Of a stretch of DNA of 64,000 bases, positions 34,990-48,927 are shown piece after piece. Each line of letters starts with the position of its first letter. Within the stretch, counting starts at the first letter, position 1. The notes below the pieces were generated by a model. It searched no databases. It worked only from the letters and a program-made list of their open reading frames with translations, and was not told the DNA's origin. The DNA lies in the NCBI RefSeq assembly GCF_009914755.1, contig NC_060930.1, one strand, 5' to 3'. Source of the stretch: the human T2T-CHM13v2.0 reference genome, Homo sapiens. Made by a program: the position numbers and the translations under genes.

Positions 34990-36274
34990 CTATAGAGAAA
35001 AGGAATTAAGCTTAGAGAGGAAAAAGAAATGCCACCATTTTAAACTACAAAAAAAAATTATATTTTTTTAAATTTCAAAAACAGTAAAGAGTTTCTCTTT
35101 TTGATAAGACTGCCATTTTACATGCACTATTCATTAAATCTGTGAAAAGAAAATACTTCATATTATTCACTTACCAGGTGTACAGGGCATCCACGTGGTA
35201 TAATTTGCCACCCACTGTGGAAGGTTCCAAAAGAGGCTTTGTGAAGTTCAAGGACATAGTGGCCGTTTTCTATGCCAGACTGGAGACCCCCTGAGGTGAC
35301 GAGCAGTAGAAGCCACCTCCGTAGGTCTTTCCTTTTGCAGCCTCCTACCTACAGCCCTGCTAGCTAACCTCAAGTCCCCTTCTAATAACCAGCTAGCCGC
35401 TGCTGTCATGAGAGAAAGAACTCCCCAAGAAACAAGAGCTGATAGGTAGCTAGCAAAAATCCAGAACAAATTTATCCTAAGAAATCACATTAGCAAAAAC
35501 AAAATATTTTAAGGTATCAAAATGTAACCATGAAATAATTTTGACATTTCAAACATTGAGATTTAATAAATGGACATTAATTTTTTATTAAAAAAACACA
35601 TTTGAAATCATCTACATCAGTTGTCTTTTTATGGATTATAAAAATAAAGACTTCAGGATCTAAATATCATCACTCTGTCTTTTTAACAAATTAATGTTTG
35701 GAAGCTCCTCAAATAAGAGATTGAAATATTCAATATTATAATTTTGCTTGGAATTCCTTTAGGTCATTTTTTCCTAAATGCTTATAAGATGCCTCCTGAA
35801 AAATTATAAATTTCATTGGAAAATGAGCACCTAATCAACGAAGCCTCTCATCCACTTCCATCCTCTGATAAGCTGTCAAAACAAGCTCAAAATAAGTGTA
35901 AAACAGAGGAAACCATTTTTGAAGATGTTCTCAGTTAATAAGGGTACAAAATGCATGCATCCCTTTCAATAAAGGGTCTATGAAAAAGAACTGAATAATC
36001 TGAAACCAAGATAGCATGGGCTTTTAAAAATACAGCAGGCCTAAACACTGAGAAATGGGAAAATAGGCAGAAGTAAATAAAAAGTACTTCTTACAAGGCA
36101 TGTTTTGACATAATTTTAAAACAGAAATTCACAGGGCCCTCCTTACCTATATGAATAAAATGTTTTTAATATTTTCTGCACTCACAAATTTTAAATGTAA
36201 ATTAATAAAGCTAATAACAAACATGCAATTTGTTTTTTAAACTACTAAGACCAAAGCATATGATATATACTTAC

Positions 36275-36481
36275 TGTCCACAGAAGTTTTTGGTACTTAA
36301 TCAATAAGTGCATGGTATTTGCTGTCCCAGCTGCCATTACAAATTCTCGCTGTTCACTGGACTTCAATCCCAATGCATGACACATAAAGAGATTCGGGGC
36401 CATGACCATTGCTACATTCATGACTGTCATTTTATTTTTTTCTTTATTATCTATTACTCTTTGGAGAAATTCAAGAAGGGC
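36275..36481 (-). CDS. ARHGAP18: ARHGAP18 coding exon: ALLEFLQRVIDNKEKNKMTVMNVAMVMAPNLF...IKYQKLLWT
   Basis: Acceptor tttcag|GCCCTT, donor ACA|gtaagt; 207 nt, phase 0-0; NKMTxxNxAxVxAPNL RhoGAP motif. Confidence 0.97.
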
Positions 36482-36952
36482 CTGAAACAGAAATGACTCT
36501 TTGAGATTTGTGTCATATATGAAGATAAAAGATTAAAGCACTGTAGCATATGCAATTTTTATTTCATTGAAAAAACAAGTTGTGTATAAGCACAGTCAAC
36601 TAATCACATCCAGCAGGCCCTGTTACCAAAGCTTCTCCATTTGGTTGATGCTCCCTGAGATGGAAATTTGCTTCTACTAAGGACCATGGTGCTGGGGAAT
36701 GAAGCAGAGATGGCACATAGCTGAACTAGGGAGCAGAGAGAGGAGTGGGGAAGTGTCAGACCTCTGGCCTATGGGAGTCATGGAGAGCTGAAAAGTAATG
36801 TAAAACATCATACAAACATTTGATTATTTCAGGAAATGCTGTACTTTCCTATGTAGAGATTTTTAAAAATTCCCTCAAAAAGGGTCATTCAACTTCAGTC
36901 TCATTTCTTTAAGGCAATCAATATCTGGCTGATGTGGAACTTATAAAGAATG

Positions 36953-37100
36953 AGCCAGGCACTGGGTATGGTGGTGCATACCTGTAGTCCCAGGCACTGG
37001 GCATGGTGGTGTACACCTGTAGTCCCAGATCGGTGGGAGGATCATCTGAGCTTAGGAGTCTGAGTCCAGCCTAGGCAACAGAGAGAAACCCTCTCTCAAA
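36953..37100 (+). mobile_element. Alu monomer with an internal 35-bp tandem duplication
   Basis: ccaggcactggg(t/c)atggtggtg(c/t)a(t/c)acctgtagtc twice, at 36955-36989 and 36990-37024. Confidence 0.85.
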
Positions 37101-37204
37101 AAAGGAAAAGAGAAGAGAAGAGAAGAGAGAAAAGAGAAAAGAGAAAAGAGAGAAGAGAGAAAAGAGAGAAGAAAAGAGAAAAGAAAAGAGAAAAGAAAAG
37201 AGAG
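37096..37204 (+). repeat. GA-rich simple repeat (GAGAAAA/GAAGA units) derived from an Alu tail
   Basis: Read directly. Confidence 0.9.
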
Positions 37205-37260
37205 GTGAGGGAATATTGTGATAGAGAAAGCGGGGAAATGAGGAAAGACCAAAGAGAATC

Positions 37261-37562
37261 TTTCTTTTTTTTTTTTTTGAGACCAGGTCTCACTCTGTTG
37301 CCCAGGCTGGTGTGCAGTGAGAGATCATAGCTCACTACAGCCTCAAACTCCTCGGCTCAAGTGATCCTCCTGCCTCAGTCTCCAGAGTAGCTGGGACCAC
37401 AGGTGCATGCCACCATGCCTGGCTAATTTTTTTGATTTTTCATAGAGGCAAATTCTCGCAATGTTGCCCAGGCTGGTCTTGAACTCTTGAGTTCAAGAAA
37501 CACTTCCACCTCATCCTTCCAAAGTGCTAGGATTACACAGGTGTAAGCCACCATACCCAGCT
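37261..37562 (-). mobile_element. AluJ-type element
   Basis: Reverse-complement Alu dimer. Confidence 0.92.
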
Positions 37563-38617
37563 GAGAATTTTTTTTAAAATGAATGAAAAGAAACTTTTCA
37601 TCAGAACAGGTTAGGTTATGCTCAGCTTGATGCCACGTACACCCACCCCTATTGCAGACACTCATTGTCCTCTGAAACTACCTTCTCCAAAAGGCAAATG
37701 CAGCTGAGGTCACCCTACTCTAACATGACTTAAGGCTTCAGATTTTTCTTTTGCCTTCTTCTTTTGTTCTAGAACAACAGTAACTATAACTGCACAGGTA
37801 TTCAATGTTCTCTATGAATGAGGCAGTTTATGAAGCACGATAGAGATTACTTAATCCTAACTTGGAGACAGATGCTGTAATTACCTCCATTTTACAGATC
37901 AGAAAACAATGTTTGGAGAATGTAAGTAACTTCCTGGTGGTCATACAGCTAACAAATCCTGAGAAAGAATTTAATTACAGGTCTATCTGGCTTTTGTTTC
38001 TAAATTCTTAACTATTAAAAGAATCATTTTTTCAGAGTTAGCCTAAAATCCCTACCCTAAAAAGGCCAAATATACTATACTAAAATGGAAAAAGGAAAAA
38101 AAGTATCTATCTTCCAAAGAATTTCTGGAAAAAAAAATTCCTGTAAGTGCTAACAGGTTGCTTTTGAATCAAGTATAACTGCTATATAGACCTTGAAACT
38201 TTGAAACAAATTAAGGACAGAGCTTTAATATCTAACAATGAGATTTATGTATCTAATTTCTAGTACAGTGCTCAGGAAGTTAAATTGTAATCCAAGCATA
38301 AAGTTATATAAAACAACATGTTCTCAAATGAGGACAAAAGATTAATTGAAGTTTGGAAAAAATATTTAATTTTGTTCCACAGAGACCAGAATAATTGTTC
38401 AGGGACCAGTGTATCTCTTTCTTTATGAGCATAAATTACAGACATTAGGTAATAAACCGTTTTAATTGTGGTGTGCATATGTAATAACGTTACTCAAAAT
38501 ACTACTATCAGAATACTAGAGAATAAGAGAGAGAGTTGACATAAAATTAACGAGATGTTAGCCCAGCCCTTGCTGAAGGAACTGCAGAATTTTCTATCTG
38601 AACCTTCAGAATTTCCC

Positions 38618-39046
38618 CTTTATATATATATATATATAATTTCAATAGTTTTTGGGATATAGGTGGTTTTTGCTTACATGGGTAAGTTCTTTTGCGGTGA
38701 TTTCTAAGATTTTGGTGTGCCTGTCACCTGGGCAGTGTATAAGCTACCCAATATGCAGTCTTTTATCTCTCACCCTTCTCCTACGCTTCCACCGAGTTCC
38801 AAAAGTCCAGTGTATCATTCTTATGCCTTTGCATCCTCATAGCTTAGCTCCTACTTATAAGTGAGAACATGCAATATTTGGTTTCTCATTCCTGCTTTAC
38901 TTCACTTAGAATAATGGCTTCCGGTTCCATCCAAGTTGTTGCAGAGGCCATTATTTCATGCTGTCTTATGGCTGAGTAGTATTACATGGTGTATGTGTGT
39001 ATGTGTGTGTGTCTGTGTGTATCTATCACATTTTCTTTATACACTC
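38618..39046 (-). mobile_element. L1PB-type 3' end fragment
   Basis: cttatgcctttgcatcctcatagcttagctcctacttataagtgagaacat, typical of the L1PB 3' UTR read antisense. Confidence 0.8.
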
Positions 39047-41509
39047 ATGAGAACTTCTCCTGTTTCAAAAAATATTTACTTTATCACTGGCCTGGTGGTA
39101 TCAATCACCGGGTTCACTCTCTGAAAAGCCAGGTTTGAGTACCAGCACAATTACTTAGTAGCTGGGTATGATGTTACATCTTTACATACCTCTGCTCTTT
39201 AAAGTTTTCTGATTTGTAAAATGGGAGTACTTATCTCTCAGCCTGGAAGGATTGAAACAATGTATATAATGAGCTTCTTAAAACTACAAAAAAGATAAAT
39301 GTCAAGAATTATATTAACATGGATCCCCTCTTGCTATCTTAAAATCAGTCTTCACTATTGTTCCAAGTCAAAGGTAGGTGTGATCATTGGTCCAAATGCA
39401 CCATAATTCAAAGTGAAAAGTAACTGTAGTTAAGCAGCTTGCCCAAACACACCTGTCACTTTACTACCACACCAAGATGTGGTATTTAACATGGTGCCTC
39501 CTAACCCTTAGACTTGCTGTAGCAATATTCCAAACAACCATGCACATGATTCTGTCCTTCAGATGACAACTGAAGGCGTGCTGCTAGCACTGGATAAGTC
39601 AGGGAATTTTGCGTTAGACTTCCTGAAATTATATTGCATTGGAGTTTCCCTTCCCTTTTACAGAACTAAATTTATGGCTTATTCTTTGCACATATGGCAT
39701 TCTTGTTCAAATGTTCTATTATTAAAGTTCTAGTTTGAAACCTTCAGCAGAGCTGGCTAATTAAGTCACTAAAGCTTAAGTAAACATGTAAAATTACTTG
39801 TTTGCATCTTCCAGTTTTTTACCAAAAATAGTACTCCCCCCCCCCTTAATTATAAAATTATCTTTCCGATAGCCTCATACACAAAATGTAAGAACTATCC
39901 TATAATTTTAAAACTATTTTTTAACAGAATTTTTAAAAGAATATGCCTGGGACTTTGAGGGCAAAGCCCGAAGAAGAGTTCCAGCTCAGCCACACCCAAA
40001 GCAGCCATATTGAATTGAATGCTTCCTCCTACAACTACTTGAACTCATTTGAATGTAGGGGTATCTTAAGTAAATCATAAGTTTTCCAGTACCCACTGCA
40101 CACTGGGCATTGATAGGGTCGTCAATGAGTAAGAAAAAGATGTTCCTCCCTATTTCTGAGTAGTTGAAGCCCTGTGTCGGGAGCACTGCTGACAAGCTGA
40201 GGACATGTTAGATCGTCAGCCCCACTTTGTCCTGGGCCATATGTCCCTGTCTCAGCCACAATCTACACACACTTACACAGTAGCCCTGGGCACACACTCT
40301 TTGAATATAACCCTTTCTGAGTTGACCTCTGTCTCAAAAGCAAATTGAAATAAAACCTAATGCTGTCTTCTGGGTTATTCATTTGACAACCAGTGAAGCA
40401 AAAGGCTTTTTTTCTGATTTAGGAAAGGGAATAACCCTTTGGAAGTTCTCCTGTAGCGGACGTAGCGTTTTACCTCCAGTAATCCCCATAAGCTGCTTCA
40501 TCAAGAAAAGTTGAGTATTAATATTCATTCCATGGGCATTAAAGAACTATCACTCATGCAGTTACAATTCAAGGAGTTTTAATGAATTACAGGAAAAAAA
40601 TTCCAAGATGTACCAACTAGTAAATTTGTTTTCTTAACTTGAAAGCTCTTGTCATGAGATTTCATCTTAAATAGAAAAAAATGAAGAGGGTAAAGAAGCC
40701 CTTTACCCATATAAAAAATATTTTTAAGGCAAGGGAAAAACTTAAGATAATACTTTTACTAAGTTAATTTTTTTTCCTTTTTCTAAGAGTTTATAATTAA
40801 ACCTTTTACAACTACTCTATAAACTCTGCTGTTAAGGAAAATAAATCAGTGTGGCACAATCCCTGATTATAAGAGCTTCTGACAACACTTAAAGTAGATG
40901 ATATTAAGTTATATAAACATTAGAGCAAATCACTTCAAAATGGTGATATAAATCAGAAACTCCGGATGAACCCTTAGAGAAATAATTAGAATTTGTTTGA
41001 GTTGGTCTATCTTTTGGCTAACAATTGTGTCAAATCACCATTATGACTCACTTCAAAATCTACCATTTCAAACTACAAACTGTCATATCTTTAGGTAGTA
41101 GTGGGTTATATTTGATAAAACTTAGGATTTTTGTTTTAAACATTTATATTTTACCTTACTGCTACCTGCTTATTAAATATAATTTGATAAATGCAAAAAA
41201 AAGAAATAAGAAGGAGAAAAAAAACAAAAAACCACCCACGTTTCCATTAACCGACGAACCTCAATCGTCTGGTTTGGAAGAAGAAATGTTACAGTGAAAA
41301 TTAAAAAAAACAAAAACTTAATAACATTAGTAACATAACAACCTCATAAAGAGTTAAAGGCTTTCACCCTCTGTCCTTAAAAGTAGGCTTTTTCTTTATA
41401 GACTTTTATGACCATGTCCAAGATACACATCTTATTGTTTTGCCACAAATAATGAAAAATTACTGTGCTTACTTCTAAGGGATATTTAATGTAAATTAAC
41501 CAAGCTGAC

Positions 41510-41592
41510 CTTCAGTGTGTCCCTGTTTGCATCAGGTAGGAGGATGACAAGAAGGTTCAAAGCCTGTAGTTGCTGCTTCTTGGTTGGAAGAT
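41510..41592 (-). CDS. ARHGAP18: ARHGAP18 coding exon: (N)LPTKKQQLQALNLLVILLPDANRDTLK
   Basis: Acceptor ctgcag|ATCTTC, donor AAG|gtcagc; 83 nt, phase 1 to 0; LP..NR..L RhoGAP motif. Confidence 0.95.
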
Positions 41593-42497
41593 CTGCAGAC
41601 AAATTAAATAAATCTGAACTCTTTTCTTCAGTGAACATTTTCCTTTACTTTATTTTTTCACTTTTTAAGAAAAAAGTTATTTGGCATAAACATGACTGTA
41701 AAATGTAAGACACAACGACTGAGCTGCAAGCCTTGTTGAGAGTGTGTTTGTGGGAGATCAGCAGAAGCAGCTGCTGTTAGGAGCTTCCTCTCTCTCAGAA
41801 TGCTCACTTCCAACTGTGATCATATGACGTGCGGCCTTATGTTTGCAGACACACAACAGTGCTTTGGAAATAATTTTAACTTCTGCGTGATAATTATTCC
41901 CCAATGAAAAGACATAGAGGATTGGACCTTCCATGATACAGTATCAGGGTGCGTCCGTAACAGTGGTTTGTTTCTTTTAATGGCGAGTGAACAAATGCAT
42001 GGTAAGAGTCCATCAGTTCCAACAGGAATATGTAAAATAGGGCCTGGAACACAATAGGTGCTTATAAATGCCTGTGGAATAAATTAGAAAACGAAGCAGC
42101 AGCTCAACAGTCTAAGAGGTGCATTATTATCATTGATGTTATCATTTTCAGCAGCCCTTACCCCATTTAAGTAATACTCATGGATATTTAGAATCATTCC
42201 AGCATTTCTTTTTCAGCAATAAATTTGGTCCTTTAATCCATATCCAGGAAATGTATGCAACGTAGCACAATTTAAACATTAAAAAATATTTCCCACAGAA
42301 GGTAATTTATTCTATTTAAAGAAGAAACATGTTAAGAAAAAAATACTTTAAACAGAAGAGATTTCAGTTCCGTCTCTCCTAGAAATTCTGAAGAAATGTC
42401 ATGATACGAGATGACTCATGAAACCATCTCAATATTGTATGTGTTAAGAATAGCCTGGTACAGTTCTGGTTGAAACTGTAGCTCACCGCAATTTATT

Positions 42498-42764
42498 CTT
42501 TTTTTTTTTTTGAGTCAGAGTCTCACTCTGTCTCCCAGGCTGGAGTACAGTGGTGTGATTTTGGCTCACTGCAACCTCCACCTCTCAGGTTCAAGTGATT
42601 CTCTGCCTCAGCCTCCCGGATAGCAGGGATCACAGGTGCGCACCACTATGCCTGGCTAATTTTTGTATTTTTAGTAGAAATGGGATTTCACCATATTGGC
42701 CAGGTTGGTCTTGAACTCCTGACCTCAAGTGATCTGCCCGCCTCAGCCTCCCAAAGTGCTGGGA
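42498..42764 (-). mobile_element. AluS, 5'-truncated, inside a probable MER96-like hAT relic
   Basis: Flanks agctcaccgcaatttatt / agctcaccataattatt form a diverged TSD. Confidence 0.88.
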
Positions 42765-43525
42765 GCTCACCATAATTATTAATAGTGCCCCTTTTCATTC
42801 TTATAAGTGTCCCTGTTTAAAAGATAAAGATACAGTTACTTGAAGGCAGTGATGGCATTTTTACTTTTCTTCATGGCCTCTAGGTGTAAAATGGATAATT
42901 AGGCCAGTAGATAAACCTTATAAGATCTAGGTTCACTGGAAAAAGAATCGAGAACTATTAGAGACACTAATGTGTAGCTTGCCCAAGACGACAAAATGGC
43001 AGTACATAAGAAGCAGCTTGTGACCTTCCACCAATGAGGCAGCAAAATGCTTTGCTCCACACTTCTGCATGACAACCTCAGAATTTAATTTTTCAAGAAA
43101 TGCTCAGAGACCCTACCACTTCTCCTTGTGCTTTTATGATAACTGTTCATCCACAGCTTCTCCAGTAAGTGTTGCTTTTTAACACTTGGCAAGAAAATTG
43201 TATCAGAGATCTTATGTGACTCATTCTATTATAAGAGAAACATGAAGTTTCCAGGTTTTAACACTGAAATATATTGTATTGCTTAAATGTCGTGCAATTA
43301 ATCTGTACCCAAAGAGAACATTCTGTTATCTGTTTACTCAGGAATGCATATTTATAAGAAAAACAGAAAACAATGCATGGCAGCTGAGCACCCACTGACA
43401 TCAGTTGAGTCAATATGTCCACCCAAATACGTCTGGTTGCGTTCTTTGTGATGCCAAATGTCATTAAAACAATTAACATAGATGGCACCAGCAGAAGGAC
43501 TGCTTCAAAGAGGGATAGCACTTAC

Positions 43526-43685
43526 TCTGGACAGCCTGAAAGGCTTTGAGATACTCCACACTGAGCAGTGGCTGGGGCAACTCCCGAATGAAGAGCTTCA
43601 GCAGGCTGGCGGCATCATGCTGTTTGACACTTTCCCAATTAAAAGTCCCTTCATAAAACTTTGCTTCTAGTTCTTGGCAAAGATT
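43526..43685 (-). CDS. ARHGAP18: ARHGAP18 coding exon: NLCQELEAKFYEGTFNWESVKQHDAASLLKLFIRELPQPLLSVEYLKAFQAVQ(N)
   Basis: Acceptor T22-cgtgcctatcag|AATC, donor CAGA|gtaagt; 160 nt; contains the RhoGAP signature ASLLKLFIRELPQPL. Confidence 0.97.
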
Positions 43686-44564
43686 CTGATAGGCACGAAA
43701 AAAAAAAAAAAAAAAAAAAGAAGCAGCTAGAAGTGCATTTTTTTTCTTGCTGAGAGTATGACACATTTTCACTTTCAAGAGACTCTGCTCTTTAGACAAG
43801 ACAAATCAGACTACCAAAAGTCAATATTTCTTTTACTCAGAAAAAAAACTACTCCTCTCCTCTAATCCAAATGTACTTTACCAACAAAAAACTGTACCTA
43901 AGGCCAAAAAACATTTTAAAATTTATACTTTTTCCTGGACATTCCACAAACTGTAAGTAATAAAGTTTTAATTAAGAGACTGGTTAAAATAATTGTTCCA
44001 TTTGGGGGCTTCATCTACATATTATAAATCTTCGTTAAATTAAGAAAAAAATCATTAAAAAAGAAGTATATGTTTTAAATTTAGAAGTATATTACATAAA
44101 AAAATACATAATCAGTCTCTGGGACTAAAACAGAAGGCTACCTCTGATTAGTCACCTACGGGAAATGGAAAACCCAATTTTATAGTAAACGAGGCAAGAA
44201 AATACATCAATATACCTGTCTTTAATGCACAGCCATCCTGCTGCCAGCTGCAAAAAACAGTCTGAGTCCATGCAGAATTAGAAATATCTAGTTCACTTAC
44301 CTCAGAACTCTACAAAATTTGTCAGGCAAATTATTACTAATAAATCAATTGAGTTTTGTAATTACTATTTTTTGTATACTTCTTTACTATATATAAATCC
44401 TATCACGTTAAAAACCATCACAAGTTTCTGTCACTTTCCTCTGTTACATGAAACCATTCTCCCAAAGTATGTTCTTTGTTTTCTTGTAAGGCAAATTACC
44501 ACATTTTCTCTTCCTAACACAACAACCATTCTCTACCCCCAATTATTTTTGTAATTGATGAAAT

Positions 44565-44835
44565 AGGTGAAGGGGAGTGGCAAAGACAGAAAAAGAAATA
44601 GAGAGGAGGGAAGAGGGAGTGAGAAAAGGAGGAAGAGGAAAAAAAAAAGAGGAGGGAGGAAAAGATAGAAAAAGGGAGTGGGAGATAGGGAGGGAAGGAA
44701 GAGGAGAGAGAGGGGGCATGGAGGGAAAGAATGAGGGGGGAAAGAATGAGCAGGGAAAGAATGAGGGAGGAAAGGACAACAGAGGAAGATCCAGAGAAGA
44801 GAGGCAGAAAAAATGGAGGGAGAGGGAGAGAGAAT
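44565..44835 (+). repeat. GA-rich low-complexity purine tract
   Basis: Read directly; includes three near copies of ggaaagaatgag. Confidence 0.85.
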
Positions 44836-46249
44836 AGTACAGAGAAATTTGGTGGGGCCAGGGGGAAAAGAGACAACCAACATTTTTGCATATTATCTTT
44901 TAAATTATTTATAATGGACCAGCTGCTGCATAATTTGGCATATGACAACAGGCTGGGTTGAAGAGTTGAGCCAGCTGAATCCACTTAATTGGCCTTCTTA
45001 GAAATTACACTTAGTTAAACTTGTCCTTCTGCCAGCCTTCTCGTTGCAAAGTAAAATCTGCATTATATTCACTATTCTGTACTGAAGTAAATGTATTTTT
45101 GCCTCCTGTGAGCTGGCCATTGCAGTCTGCTAGTGAGGGCCCGAGTGCTTTGAACTCGGTGAATTGAGGACTATCTTGCCAATGTGGGTAATATGAAGTT
45201 ATGTTTGTTACCTGTTTCTGAGGAATTATATCTTTGTTAGTGAATGTACTTAAAAGAACTCGTCTCAGAATCACACAATGTCCACTAGTGGCAAACGTGC
45301 TATAGGTGTTACATGAAGTGAGACAATGACAAGCTATGAAACTTACAAACACCACAGTTTCAGGGAGCTCTAAGTACCAGACACCAAACCCAGGGGACAC
45401 AAGTGGAAAATTATGATCAGAATATATCAGGTTACTCGAATCCTATTAAAATGAGATCACTATGTAGTAAGAGCCAAGGAGGCCGAAACTGGTGTCCTAA
45501 ATCAAGGCAACTTATCAAAAAAAGCAGGTGATGCAAACTGTGAAATGTATAAAGAGTAATTCCAATCCTGGCAACACCACAGCCCATTAGAAGCAGGCCA
45601 GGACAGTGTGCACTCCCCAAGAAACACTTAGTCCTGATCCAGCTCTAACGATTTCATAAAGAATGGGGTTATGAAAATGAAGAGAGATTCTCTCTCTTTT
45701 CTCCTATTTTCTCTTGGATTTTCAAATTCAGGAAGACAATGTATTGGATGTGGGCAGTGGTTACTTGTGCTATCTCAGTGCAGAGCTAAAGGTGAATTTG
45801 GAAGATAGGGTAAAAGTTAGTAGTTAATGGCTGCTTCCAGATACAGCTACAATTCCAAGTATGAGTCCCCTTTACATTTAAATCCCCTGAGGGGATATGC
45901 AGTATGCATCCCCTGTAGGGTAATTCCATCTTTATCATGCATTCATTGGAAGCTTTATCCCCCAGGCCAAAAAGTGAGGCACAAAGATGACAGCAGGAGG
46001 ACACGTGGTACCCTGGAACAGTGGGAAGGAACTGTCATCCAGAGAGAAGAAAAGGCAAGGGAGAAGGGATGGCTCAAATTGGGAAGTCTAGGAATTATTC
46101 TTTCACCAGCCAGACTCAGGCTACCCTGGATGCAGCAAGACAGGGAACTGTGTGAATCAGGAAGGTGGTTGAGAGTGTCTCGTCTGGCCGGCTCACTAAG
46201 ACTAATTATGCATAGGATGTCAAGGTCCCCCATCTGCAGGAGTCTATGA

Positions 46250-46835
<586 letters not shown>

Positions 46836-47165
46836 TGACTTCCGTAAACTCAATTGCTACTACTCATCCTGGCTAAATCTATCACAACTATCCCCACGCC
46901 ATTAATATTTTAACTCATCACATTCTTTTGTCATAGTATTATTATAGGTAATATGGTGATTTTGAAAACAAAACAAAACAAAAAACTTAGCAAAAACCAG
47001 AAGGGACTGTAGAAAAACTAAACTGAATGGTAAAAGGTTTTATTGTTTTATTTTATCTACTTTACTAACAATGGAAAAAAGGGGTAGAGAGGACAAGTTA
47101 GCTTTTAAAATGCATAAGTGTAAATAAACAATAAAATGTTTACATTAGTAGAACCCAGAGATTAC

Positions 47166-47243
47166 CTTGATTCTAATGGCAGCTCCAGGGATCCGTAAGA
47201 GGCCTTCTGTTTCCAAACCTCTCTCTTCAATTCGAGAAATCAG
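47166..47243 (-). CDS. ARHGAP18: ARHGAP18 coding exon: LISRIEERGLETEGLLRIPGAAIRIK (contains the catalytic arginine finger)
   Basis: Acceptor gcacag|CTGATT, donor AAG|gtaatc; 78 nt, phase 0-0; GLETEGLLRIPG matches the RhoGAP arginine-finger motif. Confidence 0.96.
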
Positions 47244-48584
47244 CTGTGCATAAACAGAGAAACATTCTAATTTCCGTATTTGTAACAGGTACAATTCCGA
47301 ATTTAACATCTGTTTCACATATAAATAAAACTGATTACAATGACATGTAAACTGGATTTTATGAGGTTTTGAATGCTATTTTACTACCACTGTCCTTCAA
47401 AACAATAAGTCCAGAAACTTTTGTTATAATTTAGAAAAAGTTGGGCCTTATGCTACTTTATAACAGAAGTGTGTAATTTCACACAACAGCTGTGGTACTC
47501 CAAACAAACAGAATAAAGATGTTCACTGTTTAAAAGCAACTAAGAACATCTATTTATTCTGCTTTTCCAGAAACCTACATTCTGCAATCAAATAAATCTT
47601 ATGAAAATCTAGCATTTGCATATTTACATCTCATTTTTAGCTTGTTCCAAGAAAGAATTATTTATGACATGCAGAAAAAAGACTGTTTGCAAATATTCAT
47701 TTTTAAGTCTTTGGTGTTAAACAAAGAAAAATGTCCTTGTATATGGCCTCTAAGTCATACCTGATGCCCAATGAATACGCTGATCTAACTCCAGATTCCC
47801 ACAAAAAGCATTTTTTTGTTTTTGTTTTTTAAAAAGGCAGAAACCCGCAAAAAGAAGGCAAATGGAGAAATTACAATGACTACTGGAGGCTAAGAAGACA
47901 ATAAGAGTGGTCAGATTCTTGATAACGTGATCTTCTTGGAGTAGGCATTCCCTGAGCAGTACACAAAGGCCGTATAAAACATATTCTATTTTAAGAAAAT
48001 CAGTTTTCCTGTCCTCAGTTTGAATATAAGGCATTTCCTAGCATCATATAGGTTTTCCTCCCTGGCACCCACTCTCATTTCACAATTGCCTTCCCTGCTT
48101 TATAAAAGACAGACCTATTCTTCACTCATCCACAGTCTTACTATAATATTCTCTGCATGCCCTAAGGCATAAAATCTTCTAGAGTATCAAAAGAATGTAA
48201 AAAAAAAAATTTTCAGGGAAGCCTCCTTTAATGATTAAACAAGGCTCTATAAACTACCTGGAGCTTACTGTTTTTCCCTTGCACATAAAAGTGTCTGTTA
48301 GGAGCAAAGCATCATAAATGAGGTATTTTGACCTTTGTCTGGATATTCTGAAGTTAGATATATTGTAGTATGTGGACACTGGAAGAGATGTCAACTTTTC
48401 TTTAAACACTTCACCTCTTCTATTCCTGGGTTATATTATGGCCAAAGATGCACTGATATTGAGGAAGTCAGTAAGAACTAAGCATAGCAGTCTCAAAATT
48501 CTCCTAAGGATTTATTATTAGGAAAAGAGAAGCATCTTTGATCAGTCAAAGCAGTACAGGATTTTTAAAAATTCATCTGGAGTA

Positions 48585-48927
<343 letters not shown>

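Noticed and set aside
44514-44984. Cluster of overlapping ORFs
   Set aside because: They translate a GA-rich low-complexity tract.
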